Positions 61,585 to 63,967 of a DNA stretch of 63,967 bases are shown one piece after another (position 1 is the stretch's first letter; each line of letters begins with the position of its first letter). The stretch spans positions 1 through 63,967 of the forward strand of contig JBGTAT010000289.1 in NCBI GenBank assembly GCA_041749755.1, read 5' to 3'. A model generated the notes under the pieces. The model made no database searches. It had not been told where the DNA came from and saw only the letters and a program-made list of their open reading frames with translations. A program made the translations under genes and the position numbers. The stretch is from Terrimicrobiaceae bacterium (GTDB lineage: Bacteria; Verrucomicrobiota; Verrucomicrobiia; Chthoniobacterales; Terrimicrobiaceae).

Positions 61585-62734
61585 GGCTACCAAACCGAAG
61601 GCCTGCGTCGTCGTCTCCTCGCCGATGACGGTCGTGGCGTTCCTGCGCGACCAGCTCCGAGAGCTAGGCAGCCAATACGATCTTTTTGTGGCCGCCAACG
61701 CGCCCGACGGAGGGTTTCTGAACGGGCTTCCAGCGCAGTTTGTGCCGGTCCCGGTCGAGAGGAAAATCCTCCCCTTGGCCGACCTGCGCGCCCTAGTCTG
61801 CCTCTACCGGCTGTTCCGGCGCGAGCGATTCGACATCGTGCAATCGGTGACCCCGAAGGCCGGGCTCCTCGCGATGGCGGCGGCATTTTTTGCGCGCGTC
61901 CCGGTGCGGGTGCACACGTTCACCGGCCAGGTTTGGGCGACAAAGTCCGGGGCGGCGCGAGCGGGGCTCCGCCTTCTCGACACCTTGCTGGCGGGGTTTG
62001 CGACCCATGTGCTGGTGGATAGCTTTTCGCAGAGGCAGTTCCTCATCGAAAACCGTGTGGTCAGCGCGGAGAAGTCGTCCGTGCTCGGGATGGGTTCGAT
62101 CAGCGGCGTGGACACGCTGCGATTTCACCCGGATCCCGACGCGCGGCGCACGCTGCGCGAGAAGTGCGGGATCCCATCCGGGGACGTGGTTTTTGTGTAT
62201 GTCGGCCGCCTGAACCGCGACAAGGGAATCCCGGAGCTGATCGCCGCGTTTGAGCGGGTTGCCGGGCTGGTGCCCGGAACGCGCCTGCTTGTTGTGGGGC
62301 CGGATGAGGAATCGATGGAGGTCCTGATGGACCGCTCGCCTGCGCGCGAGCGCATGGTGAGGGTCGGCTACACCTCGACTCCGGAACAATTTATGGCGGC
62401 GTCGGATATCTTTGTTTTGCCCAGCCACCGCGAAGGGTTCGGCTCCACAGTTATCGAAGCCGCTGCGGCGGGAATCCCCTCGATAGCCTCCCGGATCTAC
62501 GGGCTCACTGATGCCGTCGCCGACGGGCAGACCGGCCTCCTCCACACTTCCGGAAATATCGACGAGCTGTCCGCGGCAATGGTCCGCCTGGCAAGCGACA
62601 CGAACGAACGCCAACGCATGGGCGATGCCGCGCGGGTCCGGGCGGAAACCGAATTTGCCATGCCGAAGGTCACCGCGAATACGATGGCGTTCTACGCTGC
62701 AGCCCTGGCCGCAACCTGGAGCAGAACCTCATAG
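61571..62734 (+). CDS. family 4 glycosyltransferase
   Basis: VYVGRLNRDKG...VLPSHREGFGSTVIEAAAAGIPSIAS (E-x7-E). Confidence 0.85.
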   Translation: MGKTEATKPKACVVVSSPMTVVAFLRDQLRELGSQYDLFVAANAPDGGFLNGLPAQFVPVPVERKILPLADLRALVCLYRLFRRERFDIVQSVTPKAGLLAMAAAFFARVPVRVHTFTGQVWATKSGAARAGLRLLDTLLAGFATHVLVDSFSQRQFLIENRVVSAEKSSVLGMGSISGVDTLRFHPDPDARRTLREKCGIPSGDVVFVYVGRLNRDKGIPELIAAFERVAGLVPGTRLLVVGPDEESMEVLMDRSPARERMVRVGYTSTPEQFMAASDIFVLPSHREGFGSTVIEAAAAGIPSIASRIYGLTDAVADGQTGLLHTSGNIDELSAAMVRLASDTNERQRMGDAARVRAETEFAMPKVTANTMAFYAAALAATWSRTS

Positions 62735-62847
62735 CCGCAGATGAACGCAGATTTTCGCAGATTAGATTTTGGTTCACAGCGGGCGGGATTTTGTGAGGCA
62801 TCGCACGTAGATTCCGCAATCTGTGCAAATCCTTTCCATCTGCGGCT
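62733..62847. repeat. 11-bp perfect inverted repeat pair bracketing a GCAGAT-rich 93-bp spacer
   Basis: AGCCGCAGATG (62733-62743) and CATCTGCGGCT (62837-62847). Lies between the GT4 stop and the sugar-transferase ATG. Confidence 0.65.
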
Positions 62848-62868
62848 AAGCCTTCTGGGGGCTCTTGG

Positions 62869-63468
62869 ATGAAAAGGATTTTTGACGTTCTCATTTCTGC
62901 CGTCCTGCTGCTGGCTCTCTTGCCGGTTTTGCTGGTGATCGCGGTGCTGATCCGCGTTGCGATGGGCCGCCCGATCCTTTTTGTGCAGCCCCGCCCCGGG
63001 ATGGGGGGACGGGTTTTTGACTTGATGAAATTCCGCACGATGTCGACGGCGCTGGAGACGGACCCTCGAACTCCGGATGGCGCGCCCCGGGTGACCGCGC
63101 TCGGCGGGATCCTGCGGCGGACGAGCCTCGACGAGCTGCCCCAGCTTTGGAACGTGCTAAAGGGGGACATGAGCCTCATCGGACCACGTCCGCTGCTGGT
63201 CGAATACCTGCCGCTCTACTCCCGCGAGCAGAACCGTCGGCATGACGTCCGGCCGGGAATCACCGGCTGGGCACAGGTCAACGGGAGGAACGCCATCTCC
63301 TGGGAGGACAAGTTCCGGCTGGACGTGTGGTATGTGGACCATCAGTCTCTCGGGCTGGACTTGAAGATCCTCGCACTCACCTTGGTCAAAGCGATCCTCG
63401 GAAGCGGGGTGAATCAATCGGCGGATGTCACCGCCGAGAAGTTTACGGGCACAAAACATGAGAACTAA
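62869..63468 (+). CDS. small monotopic phosphoglycosyl transferase (PglC/WbaP-C-terminal type bacterial sugar transferase)
   Basis: KRIFDVLISAVLLLALLPVLLV...RPILFVQPRPGMGGRVFDLMKFRTM...SLIGPRP. Confidence 0.88.
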   Translation: MKRIFDVLISAVLLLALLPVLLVIAVLIRVAMGRPILFVQPRPGMGGRVFDLMKFRTMSTALETDPRTPDGAPRVTALGGILRRTSLDELPQLWNVLKGDMSLIGPRPLLVEYLPLYSREQNRRHDVRPGITGWAQVNGRNAISWEDKFRLDVWYVDHQSLGLDLKILALTLVKAILGSGVNQSADVTAEKFTGTKHEN

Positions 63469-63967
63469 GCGGATCGTGATCATTGGGGCAGGCGGGCATG
63501 GCCGGGTGGTGGCCGACCTGTGCGATCTCCTCGGCTCCTGGCAGGAGATCGTTTTCCTCGACGACCGCTTCCCGGCGATGGACGCCTGCGGGGAGTGGCG
63601 GGTGGTCGGAACGATGGCCGACATCCCGGCCGCTGCGGCCGACGGAAGCGAGTTCGCTCTCGGGATCGGATCGAATGCCGTGCGCATGAAATTTTTTGAG
63701 GAAGCCCGGAAATCCGGGGCTGTGTTGCCGCCCCTGATCCATCCGGCCGCCGCGGTGAGCCCGAGATGCGTCCTCGGCGCGGGGGCGGTCGTACTGGCCA
63801 CGGCCGCGGTGAACATCGGTGCGGAAACCGGCGCGGGCGTGATCATCAACACCGGGGCTTCGCTGGACCATGACTGCGTGCTCGGAGACGGCGTCCACAT
63901 TTGCCCGGGTGCGCGCCTGGCGGGCGCGGTGCGGGTGGGGGACCTGGCCATGATTGGGGTTGGCTCC
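63458..63967 (+). CDS. NeuD/PglD/VioB family sugar acetyltransferase, 3' end cut by window edge (absent from the ORF track)
   Basis: My own translation from ATG 63458: MRTKRIVIIGAGGHGRVVADL...IHPAAAVSPRCVLGAGAVVLATAAVNIGAETGAGVIINTGASLDHDCVLGDGVHICPGARLAG... It stays open to nt 63967. Confidence 0.8.
   Translation, partial: MRTKRIVIIGAGGHGRVVADLCDLLGSWQEIVFLDDRFPAMDACGEWRVVGTMADIPAAAADGSEFALGIGSNAVRMKFFEEARKSGAVLPPLIHPAAAVSPRCVLGAGAVVLATAAVNIGAETGAGVIINTGASLDHDCVLGDGVHICPGARLAGAVRVGDLAMIGVGS

Noticed and set aside
1-63967. Search for tRNA, rRNA, CRISPR arrays, transposases, integrases and phage genes.
   Set aside because: T-loop-like GGTTCGAA strings occur only inside CDSs (e.g. near 555). 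No cloverleaf context, no regularly spaced direct repeats and no recombinase-like ORFs were seen.
19358-63967. Looked for a sulfotransferase to partner the PAPS genes.
   Set aside because: No protein with a recognisable 5'-PSB (PKxGTT-like) motif was seen. This is reported as an absence inside a finding rather than as a feature.

Overview
High-GC (roughly 60%) bacterial chromosomal window. No rRNA, tRNA, CRISPR array, transposase or integrase was found. A PEP-CTERM protein, the repeat style and the gene content suggest a Verrucomicrobiota/PVC-type Gram-negative, but this is inference only.

Layout:
- nt 1-14.3 kb: mixed housekeeping genes on both strands. These are DUF1015, a DEDDy exonuclease, a histidine phosphatase, a B12-radical-SAM enzyme, ALDH plus saccharopine dehydrogenase, Blc lipocalin, a lipoprotein, a permease/kinase-like/permease operon, pyrF, ispE and folE2.
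- nt 14.4-17.8 kb: a PEP-CTERM protein, a GtrB-like GT2 and a large GT-C-like membrane protein.
- nt 17.9-64.0 kb: one uninterrupted plus-strand array of about 50 genes, many joined by ATGA-type start/stop overlaps. It forms a very large surface-glycan locus.

Contents of the glycan locus:
- wzm and wzt are split by 5.9 kb that carries cysD-cysNC (PAPS synthesis) and a cluster of toxin-antitoxin modules.
- A WbdD-like methyltransferase with a coiled coil follows wzt.
- A GT4::RgpF fusion and a PglK/MsbA-like ABC exporter come next.
- A complete pseudaminic-acid gene set is present: pseB, pseC, a pseG::pseH fusion and pseI.
- There is a second, divergent NeuB-like module.
- A ten-gene module (KdsB-like cytidylyltransferase, HpcH aldolase, HAD, SIS, transaldolase and tailoring enzymes) could not be assigned to a known pathway.
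- Several acyl- and methyltransferases are present.
- The window ends with a PglC/PglD/GT4 initiation set.

Non-coding structure:
- A three-copy MITE-like palindromic element; one copy has an 8-bp flanking duplication and one truncates an antitoxin gene.
- Two small selfish-looking cassettes (four-helix-bundle/IVS protein and GxxExxY protein), each bounded by their own repeats.
- A pair of perfect GTTCCACGTGGAAC palindromes 100 bp apart in the folE2 divergent promoter region.

All functional calls rest on motif and family recognition by eye. No database search was run.
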